A DNA stretch of 63,203 nucleotides, the filler included, from Octopus bimaculoides (Eukaryota), in NCBI RefSeq assembly GCF_001194135.2. It is 12 parts of 12 records of this genome, joined end to end, with 100 filler letters (N's around TTAATTAATTAA, not from the genome) between each part and the next. Parts side by side here need not be neighbours in the genome. Positions count along the whole stretch, not along the records: positions 23,256 to 28,749 come from NC_068993.1; positions 28,850 to 33,366 come from NC_068987.1; positions 33,467 to 37,892 come from NW_026392576.1; 9 more parts are not named here. The stretch is one strand, 5' to 3'. Below the pieces are notes generated by a model, which did no database searches, had not been told where the DNA came from, and saw only the letters and a list, made by a program, of their open reading frames with translations. Positions within the stretch are counted from its first letter, which is position 1, and the number at the start of each line of letters is the position of its first letter. The position numbers and the translations under genes were made by a program. Below, in pieces: positions 27,011 through 37,992 of the stretch.

Positions 27011-27987
27011 TAGTTTTATTTTTATAACGTGCTTTCACTTCACTACCGAGCGCAGCTCTGTGTGCCTTGGGTATGTGCTGTAGTTTGCTGTGATGCTCTT
27101 ATGGTTACTGTATTGAAAGTGTTTTGCGTAGGATGTGTGCAGTGCCCAGTAGTGCAATTTTCTGTATGTTATATATATTTGTAAGTCCTGGTGTTTTTGT
27201 TATGTCATTGCTATATCCAGGTCTTTATTTAGGTTATTTTTCTTCCATATTTTATATGTATGTGTTGTTGAGTTTTCGTTCTTTGGGTAGAGCACTGCTG
27301 TAAAGTAAGCGTGTAGGACTGAAATATATTCCTCACGTGTCCATTTATGCCGTTTTGGTTTTATTTGCGGGACATGAGGAGCAACGTCCGGCCCTTTATT
27401 TTGATGGTCATCATTTTCGTAGGGTACCGGTCCGTTCATTTCTGTTGTCAGATTGTTTTGCACGTACAGCTCTTCGTACTTTTTGTGTAACAAGTTTAGA
27501 GTACGCACTTCCCGGTTGTTATTCTTGGGTGGAATAATACCGGTATTATTTAATCTATTTGTAATTTTTTTGTACATGGCGTTTGGGGCCGGAGATGGTC
27601 TGGTGTTGATGTAACAAGCGTGTTTACATGTGCTGTGCGAGCAGTGGAGATGATATCCAGTCAGAATACATCATTTCATTTGGAAAAATAGAAATAAATC
27701 TCAATGAGTATTACTTACTCGGATATAGTCCAACCCTTTGTCAGCTATTTTTGGCTCCATGCGATGTCTTTATTTCCGATGTTTTTGGATAAATTTCGGG
27801 GCAGTGATTTATCGTTCTCACATGTTAAACGTCCCCGGTGTAATCCTGTTAAACGTTCACTGTGTAATCTGTTAAACGTCCCCGGTGTAATCTGTTAAAC
27901 GTCCCCGGTGTAATCCTGTTAAACGTCCCCGGTGTAATCCAGTTAAACGTCCCCGGTGTAATCTGTTAAACGTCCTCGGTGTAATCC
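27008..27987 (-). mobile_element. Internally deleted non-autonomous R4/Dong derivative flanked by (TAA)n
   Basis: 5' minisatellite; N-terminal ORF 27577-27200 (KWTREEY motif); junction at about 27205; last ~33 codons (IQKIALLGTAHILRKTLSIQ*); 3' UTR. Confidence 0.7.
27823..27987. repeat. Minisatellite, 7 units of 23-24 bp (tgttaaacgtccccggtgtaatc[c])
   Basis: Directly visible tandem array with no unique spacers. Confidence 0.95.
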
Positions 27988-28027
<40 letters not shown>

Positions 28028-28029
28028 AC

Positions 28030-28420
28030 TTTCACTTGAAAAGGAAAATAAGGGTAGAGAGAGAAGTATTGCCTTCTAGCCACTTTGCTGAAAGGTGGAT
28101 GAAAGTGGCGAGAATGGTGCGAGTAAATGGGCCTGCCCTGGGCATATGCCTGTAATTGGAGAAAAGGAAAGGAGAAAAGGCACCTGCCCTAAAAGTCAGG
28201 GCACCCACGGCTTTTATGGGGATTTCCATGAGCATCCCTCGAACGTCTCCTCCCTATTTAGGATTACACATTGTTGAATTTTTTCCCATTATGTTAATCT
28301 TGTTTACACACAAAACCCTCACAACATATACTCACACACATGCATACAGACATTCTTTGTTTTGTCCTGTACTATCCATAATGTTTTTTTAATGTAAATC
28401 CTTTGTGGTTAATAAAGAAA
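28030..28420 (+). mobile_element. Probable LINE 3' end (L1/Tx1-like) with AATAAA and (TAA)n tail
   Basis: Short frame ending ...PSSHFAERWMKVARM..., UTR-like stretch, aataaagaaa(taa)n. Confidence 0.35.
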
Positions 28421-28455
28421 TAATAATAATAATAATAATAATTATTATTATTATT

Positions 28456-28749
28456 ATCATTGTTCAGTAGTTTTATTTTTATAACGTGCTTTCACTTCAC
28501 TACCGAGCACAGCTCTGTATGCCTTGGGTATGTGCTGTGGTTTGCTGTGATGCTCTTATGGTTACTGTATTGAAAGTGTTTTGCGTAGGATGTGTGCAGT
28601 GCCCAGTAGTGCAATTTTCTGTATGTTATATATATTTGTAAGTCCTGGTGTTTTTGTTATGTATTTGTCTGAATATTTTTTTTATTATACCGGTATTATT
28701 TAATCTATTTGTAATTTTTTTGTTTATGATAGGAATTGTTTCTGTTTTT
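28456..28749 (-). mobile_element. R4/Dong 3' end (same family as 27008) with an internal N-terminal patch
   Basis: Near-identical to 27008-27205; 28687-28722 matches 27537-27572. Confidence 0.8.
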
Positions 28750-28849
28750 NNNNNNNNNNNNNNNNNNNNNNNNNNNNNNNNNNNNNNNNNNNNTTAATTA
28801 ATTAANNNNNNNNNNNNNNNNNNNNNNNNNNNNNNNNNNNNNNNNNNNN
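28750..28849. other. Artificial scaffold linker
   Basis: 44N + TTAATTAATTAA (28794-28805) + 44N. Confidence 0.97.
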
Positions 28850-29020
28850 ATATAACATACAGAAAATTGCACTACTGGGTACTGCACACATTCTACGCAA
28901 AACACTTTCAATACAGTAAACATAAGAGCACCACAGCAAACCACAGCACATACCCAAGGCGCACAGAGCTGCGCTCGGTAGTGAAGTGAAAGCACGTTAT
29001 AAAAATAAAACTACTGAATA
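28850..29020 (+). mobile_element. R4/Dong 3' end (same family), followed by (TAA)n
   Basis: IQKIALLGTAHILRKTLSIQ* plus the same 3' UTR. Confidence 0.8.
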
Positions 29021-29044
29021 ATAATAATAATAATAATAACAACA

Positions 29045-29230
29045 ACATCGAAGAATACCTTAGGAATGAGAACCCAGGTTCGAAATTTCCCCAAGACACA
29101 TGAAGAAAGCTGGAGGGTATATCAGCCGAAACGTTGTGTTAACAACAAACAAGATGAGGATAAATATCCGTCAAATGTAAATAATGTAAATAATGTACAT
29201 AATTCCTCATCTCTTAAATATAGAACTGTA
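29045..29230 (+). mobile_element. Penelope-like (pLTR-type) repeat carrying a hammerhead motif
   Basis: Same sequence at 8088-8237 (minus) and, partially, at 8583-8676 (plus); contains the HHR motif; abuts (TAA)n/(CAA)n. Confidence 0.6.
29095..29140 (+). ncRNA. Minimal type I hammerhead motif (degenerate) in a Penelope-like repeat
   Basis: GACAC-ATGAAGA-aAGCTG-gagggtatat-CAGCC-GAAAC-GTT-GTGTT; palindromic AACGTT; C3 mutated. Confidence 0.65.
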
Positions 29231-29262
29231 AAAATTCATAGTTTTAAATAATTTCTTAATAT

Positions 29263-29338
<76 letters not shown>

Positions 29339-29601
29339 AGACAGAAAGAGAGAGGGGGGATCGATAGCTAGATAATTATACATACATTTACCAGCCACAT
29401 GGTTCCAGGTTCAGTGCCACCACGTATCACCTTGGGTAAGTGTCTTCTAGTATAGACCCGGGTCAACTAAAGCCTTGTGAGTGGATTTGGTCGACGGAAA
29501 CTGAAAGAAGCCCATCGTATATATGTATGTGTGTGTATATATATATATACGTGTGTGTGTATATATATATACGTGTGTGTGTGTGTGTGTGNNNNNNNNN
29601 N

Positions 29602-29652
<51 letters not shown>

Positions 29653-30098
29653 GGGAGTGTCTGTGTCTGTGTTTGTCCCCTACCCACCTACCATCGCTTG
29701 ACAACTGATTTTGATGTGTTTACGTCCCCGTAACTTAGCGGTTCGGCAAAAAGGAACCGATAGAATAAGTACTAGGCTTACAAATTTTAAAGAGCCCATA
29801 GGCCCACAGGTCTTAGAGTCCGAAGATATGCCATAGAGGTACCCTTTATGGCGAGAAACCCAGAATAACCCTATAAACGGGTCTCCACCAGTAATATATA
29901 TATATATATATATATATATANNNNNNNNNNNNNNNNNNNNNNNNNNNNNNNNNNNNNNNNNNNNNNNNNNNNNNNNNNNNNNNNNNNNNNNNNNNNNNNN
30001 NNNNNNNNNNNNNNNNNNNNNNNNNNNNNNNNNNNNNNNNNNNNNNNNNNNNNNNNNNNNNNNNNNNNNNNNNNNNNNNNNNNNNNNNNNNNNNNNNN

Positions 30099-30179
<81 letters not shown>

Positions 30180-30589
30180 TTGTGTGTGTGTGTATGTGTG
30201 TATTCTTTACTGAAGAAAGAATTATATTATTAGTTTCGAGGTTTATCAGTTAACACGTTTTCCATAACAAGCTGTTACGCAGGCACACATTCAAAAATAC
30301 ACAAATGAAGACAAAACACATAGACACAAGAATTGCGTCAACGTTTTTATAGCTGGACGAATGTACAGCCGGACAAGAGCGATAAGATATGAATTTGTTT
30401 GATTACTGCTTTCGGGTAACTAGCATTTATAGCACAGAGATAGAAGACCATATGCGCATAAATACAGAGTACGGCAAAAAAGCTTTTCAAATAAATAAGC
30501 TTTTCAGTAGCAAACACACGGTAGGCTCCAATCTAAACCATGTTGGTAAAAGAGGGTGTCTATTCTGTGGTCATAACCGACAAATGTTA

Positions 30590-30890
30590 CTTCAGAGTAT
30601 GGTTGATGCCTGACGGCGGGTATTTGTTTTGTTGTACGTTTCTGAACAATTTCCAGAAGATTTATATGCTGAGCAAGATAGGGGTTCCAATCTGGTGATG
30701 CAAATTCTAAGTGTGGACGTACTATTGTCATATACAATTTTAAATAGATACCTGGAAAGCGGCTGACAAAGGTCTTACTGAGTGATGTTAGGACACCCTC
30801 AGCCTTCTTGACAATCTTAAAGATTGTTTCCATTTCTTTGCAGATTTTTACAAATTTCAAATATTTGCTCCTTTGTTTCAATCAGTTTCA
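30590..30890 (-). mobile_element. CR1/L2-group LINE RT C-terminal remnant
   Basis: KLYMTIVRPHLEFASPDWNPYLAQHINLLEIVQKRTTKQI matches the LY..LVRPHLEY...W.PY...I..LE.VQRRATK signature. Confidence 0.85.
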
Positions 30891-31299
30891 CAGTGTCGAA
30901 ACCTTGTACGTGATAAAGCGATCATGCTCGGACAAGTCCCTCTTACCCTCTTTCCACTGCCTTGTTTATTTTTTACTTTTTTTCTCTCATATCCTTTTCA
31001 GATCTTATCCTTTATTTCATGCGTCCTCTTTCGTTTTCTTTGTTCTAATCTTGTTCCTGTTCAGCGATCCTTTGCTGCTTTTTAAGCTTTGCTTAAATAC
31101 CACGCCTTAAAACAATGATTAGTTGTCTGGTGTGACTCACGTTGATCATAAACTAATGTTCTTTTACAACATGCATGGTTTTGTGGTTAAGAAACCCGAT
31201 TTGCAACCACGTGGTTTTTGGGTTCAGTTCCCCTGAGCGACACCTTGGACAAGTAACTAACACATTCACACACACACACGCACGTACACGCACTAATAT

Positions 31300-32190
31300 A
31301 CATACATTGCCCCACTTTTATTTTTTCTCATACACACCTTTCCAAATTTTTCCACCTTCATCTAAACCACCACTTCTCACTTCCCTCTTAGAATCCCCAC
31401 CCTCCCCACCTTTTACTACTCTCGTATTTGTCCTCCTAGCAAAAAAGTACTTAACACACTCACTCCTCTGAAAACTAACCGATCTACCTCTACCCACCCC
31501 CTATTCACATCCCCCTATTCAATTTCATACACCTCGCCATACCATAACACTCCCCTCCAATACCAACCCAATTTCTTTGCCCCAATAACAACTGTTTTAC
31601 TGACCACCTACTCACACCTACTCTAGCCCCCTCCATCTTCTCTCATACCTCTCTACATACCTTACTAATTTCCCTGAGCCACTGAACCAGTGAACTTATT
31701 TCCCTCAAATAACGGCTATTCCCATTTTCGCTATCTCAGCCTTTCACACCATAGCCTTCATGCAACTAATACAAAAGCTACCATTCAGATACTACCAACA
31801 CCAAAAAGGGAAGCTCTTTCTCTCACTTTCCACCTCTACTGTTATGACTCCCTTATAGCCTTATTGTTAACCCCTAACCTTGAAATTTATTTTCTCCTCG
31901 CACTACTCTCTATCCGAATACCTCCCAACTCCTCCTTCTAATACACTTAGTTCTTCACAAAACCATTCCATCCCTAATCTCCTTTCTGTCAACACCTCAA
32001 ATCTAAGACTTCTTCCCTGAAGACGGAGGCTGGTATTATCCGACGTTGGAATCAATTTACAATCATTATTTTGGACTACCAAGCCTCCAGAAACAGCTGT
32101 TGCACTCGTAAGACTCTTATTCAACCCTTTTAATTCCTGTCGGCTTGAAACGGCCGTAATGCACTAACACCTGGACATCCTTGTTACTTA
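31300..32190 (+). mobile_element. Strand-biased C-rich retroelement remnant, tentatively Penelope-like
   Basis: Strong C/T skew over about 700 bp ending in an HHR-like core; no clean ORF. Confidence 0.3.
32017..32107 (+). ncRNA. Hammerhead-like core with long stem II (stem I not evident)
   Basis: CTGAAGA-c-GGAGGCT-GGTA...TACC-a-AGCCTCC-a-GAAAC-AGCT-GTT; palindromic AACAGCTGTT. Confidence 0.4.
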
Positions 32191-32192
32191 TT

Positions 32193-32226
<34 letters not shown>

Positions 32227-33049
32227 NNNNNNNNNNNNNNNNNNNNNNNNNNNNNNNNNNNNNNNNNNNNNNNNNNNNNNNNNNNNNNNNNNNNNNNNNN
32301 NNNNNNNNNNNNNNNAGGAAAAGGAGGAGATTAGAAATAAATTTAATGACATTTCCTCAATAATAGTTTTTGCAGGTACTTAAATCTTAAAAAAAAGTCT
32401 TAAACATTTGATAGTTTGACTCATAAAGTTAAACATTTTATTGCTAGCATTGTTATCATAATCGAAGCTACGAAGTATTTTTACTTCTATATCTTCATCC
32501 ATTGTTGTTCGACACCCGCTGATTTTAAGGGGGTTTAATATCCATAGAATATGAATGGGAAATAGAAATTGGGTGACAAGGTCACTATACCTACCTACAT
32601 CTATCGGCTTATGTGTCTATCTATCTATCTATCCTGTCCATCTGTCTGTCAGTCTGCCTCTCTGTCTACCTACTTACATATCTGTCTGTATATCAATCTT
32701 TCTATCAGTTTATCAATCTACATATTTATCTTTCTATAAATCTATTGACCTATCTCTGTATTTATTTTTCTATTACTTTATGTCTATCAATCAAATACTC
32801 ATTCAATCAATCCATTTCCTTACCTACCTACTTACCTACCTACCTACCTACCTACCTACCTACCATCTATCTATCTGTTTGTCTGTCTGTCCGTCTATCT
32901 ATCTGTCTTTTTATCTATCGATCTACTTAGCTATCTATCTAGCTATTAAATTAATCTTTTTATCTTTCTATCTATTACTCTATCTCTTTATCTATCTATC
33001 ACTCCATATAGTCATCTACCGACCCATCTAGCTATCTAGCTAACCATTA

Positions 33050-33366
33050 CCTCTCTACGTAGCCGTCTTTGACAGGAGCCATCATCAATAACAAATGGTG
33101 GTTTGCCCTCAAGAGAGCAATAAAAGCAGAAGCGGTTAGGTATAGCAAAGCACTAGCCATAGACAGAAACAGAGTAGAGGGTGAACTAGTTAAGAAGCTA
33201 GAAGAGGCAATTAGAAGTGGCATCGCATCCGACGTTTTGGCGGCGAGGTTGGCCCTTGACCAACACTTCAACGCCAAACACGAAGGGTGCGTTGTCAGGG
33301 CTAGGATGCGTGCTCTAAGAAACGAAGGTGTTGGAGCCGCACGAGAGGCCCGGGTGGCGGAGGCGC
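33050..33366 (+). mobile_element. L1/Tx1-clade ORF2 fragment (EN-RT linker region)
   Basis: WWFALKRAIK...HEGCVVRARMRALRNEG resembles W..LK..I...GA..RSR....EGE; GC-richer than flanks. Confidence 0.6.
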
Positions 33367-33466
33367 NNNNNNNNNNNNNNNNNNNNNNNNNNNNNNNNNN
33401 NNNNNNNNNNTTAATTAATTAANNNNNNNNNNNNNNNNNNNNNNNNNNNNNNNNNNNNNNNNNNNN
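33367..33466. other. Artificial scaffold linker
   Basis: 44N + TTAATTAATTAA (33411-33422) + 44N. Confidence 0.97.
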
Positions 33467-35371
33467 GGATGCCCTTCCTAACGCCTTCCTTTCGTATCAA
33501 TAAAATAAGTAATGAACTTAAAATGTCAATATGAGCGATCCTTGTAGGTAATGTTCCAGCATGGCCACAGCTGAATGCATGTAACCAGTAAAAGAGTAAA
33601 AAAATATTGTAATTCTGGGTTTTACATACTAAAAAGAAACAAGTGTTACATTTTCAATTTTTTATTCCTGCAACCATACTTTTATATCTCTTTGAAAGTC
33701 TATAACATCACATTTAAATAATCCAGTAAATGTCTTAATTGATTATTTTGTCAATGTAAAATGAAAATCACAAAATTCAATAATAGATTATGTAATATTG
33801 GTAGTTTATTTAACATCATATCTGACTTAATTTATTGAGTATTTTCTACTTTTCCTGTGTACAAGGAAATGTAAAGAATATTCACTAATCTATACTAATA
33901 CTAATACTTTTCTTGTCTGCCTTGATGGAAAGTTGCCAAATTGTGTCATCTCTGCAGGTACTGGTGAGTATGGCAAACTCTCTAGTGTTGGTGTCATGAT
34001 AAATACACCCTGTACATGCTGAAAAGTGGTTAGCAAATGAGCACATTAAAGCTGTGATGTCCCTACAATTCTATCTTGCTAAGGACTCTTCAGTCTCTAG
34101 TTTTGGTGCCACCAGAAAATGCACTCAGTACACTTTGTGATTGGTGAAGCATTTATCCAAATGAAACATGAACACCAGTCTATGGGAGCATTGGCTTGCA
34201 ATAACAGATGACTTGGATTGTTATGACTTGTCAAACCCATGCCAGCATGGAAAGTGGATGTAAAATGATGATAATTATGATGATGAGTGATGGCATAAGT
34301 TTAAAACTTAATACAAGAAATGGATGTGCATAAGACATAGAACTAAAAACAATGAGATAATATTTTGGTTGGAAGTAGTGTAAGTACAAACATAGTGTAA
34401 TCAGTCTTCATCATTAGATTATTGCCTGCCATTAAGTATCTCTTATCTTGTTTGTCATTAGACTGCAGCTATGCTGGGGCACTGCCCTGGCGAATGTTTT
34501 AGTCAAATGAATCAATCCTGGTACTTATTATTTGAAGTCTGGTACTTATTCTACAGGTCTCTTTTGCCAAACCAGGGAACAAGTCCAGAGAGAGAGAGAG
34601 AGAGAGAGAGANNNNNNNNNNNNNNNNNNNNNNNNNNNNNNNNNNNNCACACACACACACACACACACACACACCAGTATCATAATTTAATGTCTGTTGT
34701 CCATGCTGACATGGGTTGGATGGTTTGACCAGGGCTGGTAAGCTGAGGGGCTACACCAGACTCAGTCTGATTTAGCATGATGGGCTTCTTTCAGCTTCTG
34801 TCTATCAAATCCATTCTCAAGGTTTTGGTCAGCTCGAGGCCGTTATAGAAGACACTTGCCTAAAGTGCCACACATTGGGACTGAACCCGAAACCATGTGG
34901 TTGGGAAGCAAGCTTCTTATCACACAGCCATGCCTGTGTCTACATATTCCATAAATATTTTATAATACTAGAATAGTGTAACAAAATTCTTCAAGATATA
35001 TATCTGATGTGGAAGGAGATAACAGAAATGAATTTCTGCAAACTTAATTCTTCCAAACTTATTTTTGTTTTTGAATAAAGAATAAGTTTTGAACTTCAGG
35101 TAATCGTTTTTTTTTAAACTTTTTTTTTCTCATTTTTGTGAACTTATTTTTCTTGTTCTATTTTTATTTTATGCTTTTTTTAAAATCCAAGGCAAGGTTT
35201 CTCAAAAAAGCTATATTTGATAAATGCTTTTTCCTCCAACAAATTCATTAACCTAGAATATGATTTTCTGTTTATTTATATTGGGTAAGAACATAAACAA
35301 ATGACTGGATAGTTTATCTATCTTTTTAGAATTGCTGTTAAATACAACACTAATTATCTCTCCATTTCCAG

Positions 35372-35570
35372 ATGTTCATTGAATTCTGTGGAGGTGGTGC
35401 TCTGGATTCTATCATGCTTGATTTGGAAAAACCATTGACAGAAGACCAGATCCGTTATGTTTGTCATTTTATGTGCAAAGCTTTGACTTTCCTTCATGAC
35501 AACAATGTTATTCACCGTGATTTGAAAGCAGGCAATGTTCTCTTAACCATGGAAGGTGATGTCAAGTTAG
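35372..35570 (+). CDS. SLK: Ste20-like kinase (SLK/STK10, GCK-V) internal exon, kinase subdomains V-VII
   Basis: tttccag acceptor, gtgagt donor; [31 protein letters not shown]...[20 protein letters not shown]; phase 0 to 1. Confidence 0.9.
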
Positions 35571-36351
35571 GTGAGTTTGCCATTTGAGTTTGTTGGTGTG
35601 TGTGCTTGTATAATCATATCATTCATGTGTGTGTGTTGGAATTTAGTTTTTGCTGTTAGAAATCTTTCTGATGGGCTATAAAATTTCAATTATTGAAAAT
35701 GTCCTGGTTCTTATATTGCTTTTGAGTAATGAAATAAGACCTGAGGCCGACAAGTCTGTTATTCAAGTGATATACTTCAGCCAAACAAATCCAATCAACA
35801 ATTTAGAAATAACAACTAAAAGCTATATAACTCCAGTGCAATTCATATACAGCAATATAGTTTATTGGAGTGTCTGTCTCCAGTAGATTGAGTTAATCAG
35901 CTTTTTTATTTTATTTAGTTACTTATTGAATTGATGACAGTGATAATCATTTCACTTTTATCAGTTATCACTAAACTTTAATCTACAGTATCAATAAACA
36001 TTAATCCACAAGATCCTTTGAGATGACAGTAAGAAAGAGATTATTTAGAAATAGTTTGTCGACATAGTATATTGGATGTTCTATTGCCTCAGTCTATGTT
36101 CTGCAACTATGCTTTCCATTCCATGTCCCACACCTGCAGTGGGTTTTGATTTTAACTCCTGTCATCATTATGTTGATGTCACCAATTAATCCAAAGTTAT
36201 CAATGTAAAACGTGACCCATATGAAATGTTTCCTATTCTGATGCTTTTGAGGGTCTAAAGTGGTGATAAATAAATGTATTTCTCTATCATTGAACATTGT
36301 TGGATACTGATTGGATTATGTGTTGAGTTACAAAAAATTTTTAAACCTGTA

Positions 36352-37227
36352 TGAGTGGGTCCCCAAAAGAAACTGGAATTTTGCAATATAATTTTATTCC
36401 GTTAGATTTACATGTTTACACTTTTATCACCTTCAAAGTATTCTCCAATTTGAAGCAATGCATTGGTCTAGACATGTTTTCCACCATTGCAAACTCTTGC
36501 AAAGTGATGCGATTTAACGCCTCCATTGTTTTTTCTTCACCTCTTCCACATCTGCAAATTCCATAGCACCAGCTTTTGTCACCAGTGATGACCTTCAAAA
36601 AATGGTCTGGATCATCTTCCAACTGTTCTTCAGTTCATGACATGCATTTAGTCGTGACTGCTTTTGATCTTCTGTGAACAAGCAAGGCTGAAACTCTTTT
36701 TATTCGTAATTCCTCACTCAAAATTTGTTGGCAGAAGCTCTAGGATACACATGTCATATCAAGTTTGACAATTGTTTAGTGACAGTCCACCAAGATCAGT
36801 TCAGGAATTTTCATGATGTTTTCATTTGTTTGGGAGGTCAGTGGTTGTCCTGAATGAGGTTGGTCTTCAAGCAACAAGTGACCATTTCTAAAGCATGGAA
36901 ACTACTTGTAAACTTGTGTTTTGTTCATGACAGCATCCTTGTAAGCTGTTTGAAGCATGACAACTGTTTTGGCTGCTGTTTTATTCAGCAGGAAACAGAA
37001 TTTCATGGAAGTATGCTGTTCCTTCTTTTCAGCCATCACAAAAATTGACGAAGAAGAGAGAAGCACTGTAAAACAGATGCACCACGTGGTAGTACGACTT
37101 CAGCCAAAGATACTAGTCGACAGACTGATATCTGAGGGTTGCATCAAGTTGCATCTAGTGGCAGAAGCCTGAACTACAATGGGTTTGTCCTACAGAATGT
37201 TTCTGGTTACTATTGGGTACCCCCTCA
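36352..37227 (-). mobile_element. Decayed mariner element in an SLK intron
   Basis: DPDHFLKVITGDKSWCYG (ITGDETW motif); degenerate TIRs at both ends. Confidence 0.8.
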
Positions 37228-37405
37228 TGAGCTGTTGGAATTGCGGGAAATGAAGGCAACTGTTCAAAGTTAAAATAATTTTCTCTGGGTTCCAACATAT
37301 ACTTCATGTATTGTAGAAAAAGAACCGTTGACTAAGCTAGGATTAGTTATGAAAGTAAAACACAAGTTTTACCATTTACAAACCTGTTTTAATCTTTTCT
37401 TGTAG

Positions 37406-37478
37406 CTGACTTTGGTGTATCTGCTAAAAACACAAAACCTAACCAATGCCGAGACTCTTTCATTGGTACGCCTTATTG
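37406..37478 (+). CDS. SLK: SLK/STK10 exon with DFG and activation loop: ADFGVSAKNTKPNQCRDSFIGTPYW
   Basis: tcttgtag acceptor, gtaagt donor; in phase with the previous exon; DFGVSAKN...RDSFIGTPYW is characteristic of SLK/STK10. Confidence 0.92.
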
Positions 37479-37892
37479 GTAAGTTGACAAAGTTTGATCT
37501 TAACTTCTCTCCCTTTTATTGCAGTTTATTACATTTAGATGCATTTGTGTTGCAAAAATCTTTGTTCTGTTACTCTCTATGACTCCTACGTTAGTTGTAA
37601 TGTTTGTGTAATAGTGTAGCAGTCTTCACATTTTAATTACACCAGAATGGAAAAAAGAAAAACGGAGAGTTGCAAGATGTTTAAATTTCCGTTTCTATCT
37701 TCGTGGCTGTAAATAAACAGATTTATTTAGAATATGTCGTGGGGTGGGGAGATCAGAAAGTCAATGTGTTACAGCTGCTGAAAACAAACTGGATTATTTG
37801 AGAAATTCTATGGAGTCAGTCGACTTAGTTATTTCTTGGTGAATGCACAAGAGCCAGTCCAGGGGCACTGGCAACGATCTTACTTGGCTTGC

Positions 37893-37992
37893 NNNNNNNN
37901 NNNNNNNNNNNNNNNNNNNNNNNNNNNNNNNNNNNNTTAATTAATTAANNNNNNNNNNNNNNNNNNNNNNNNNNNNNNNNNNNNNNNNNNNN
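37893..37992. other. Artificial scaffold linker
   Basis: 44N + TTAATTAATTAA (37937-37948) + 44N. Confidence 0.97.

Noticed and set aside
27823-27987. CRISPR-like appearance of the 23-24-bp array
   Set aside because: The units are contiguous with no unique spacers, there are no cas genes, and the context is eukaryotic.
28456-29020. Apparent inverted repeat of Dong 3' ends across 28750-28849
   Set aside because: The two copies are on different scaffolds joined by a linker; scaffolds tend to break at repeats.
29805-29895. Hairpin gccatagagg-tacc-ctttatggc followed by gagaaa, as an HDV-like ribozyme
   Set aside because: No P1/P2/P3 pseudoknot pairing could be found on either strand.
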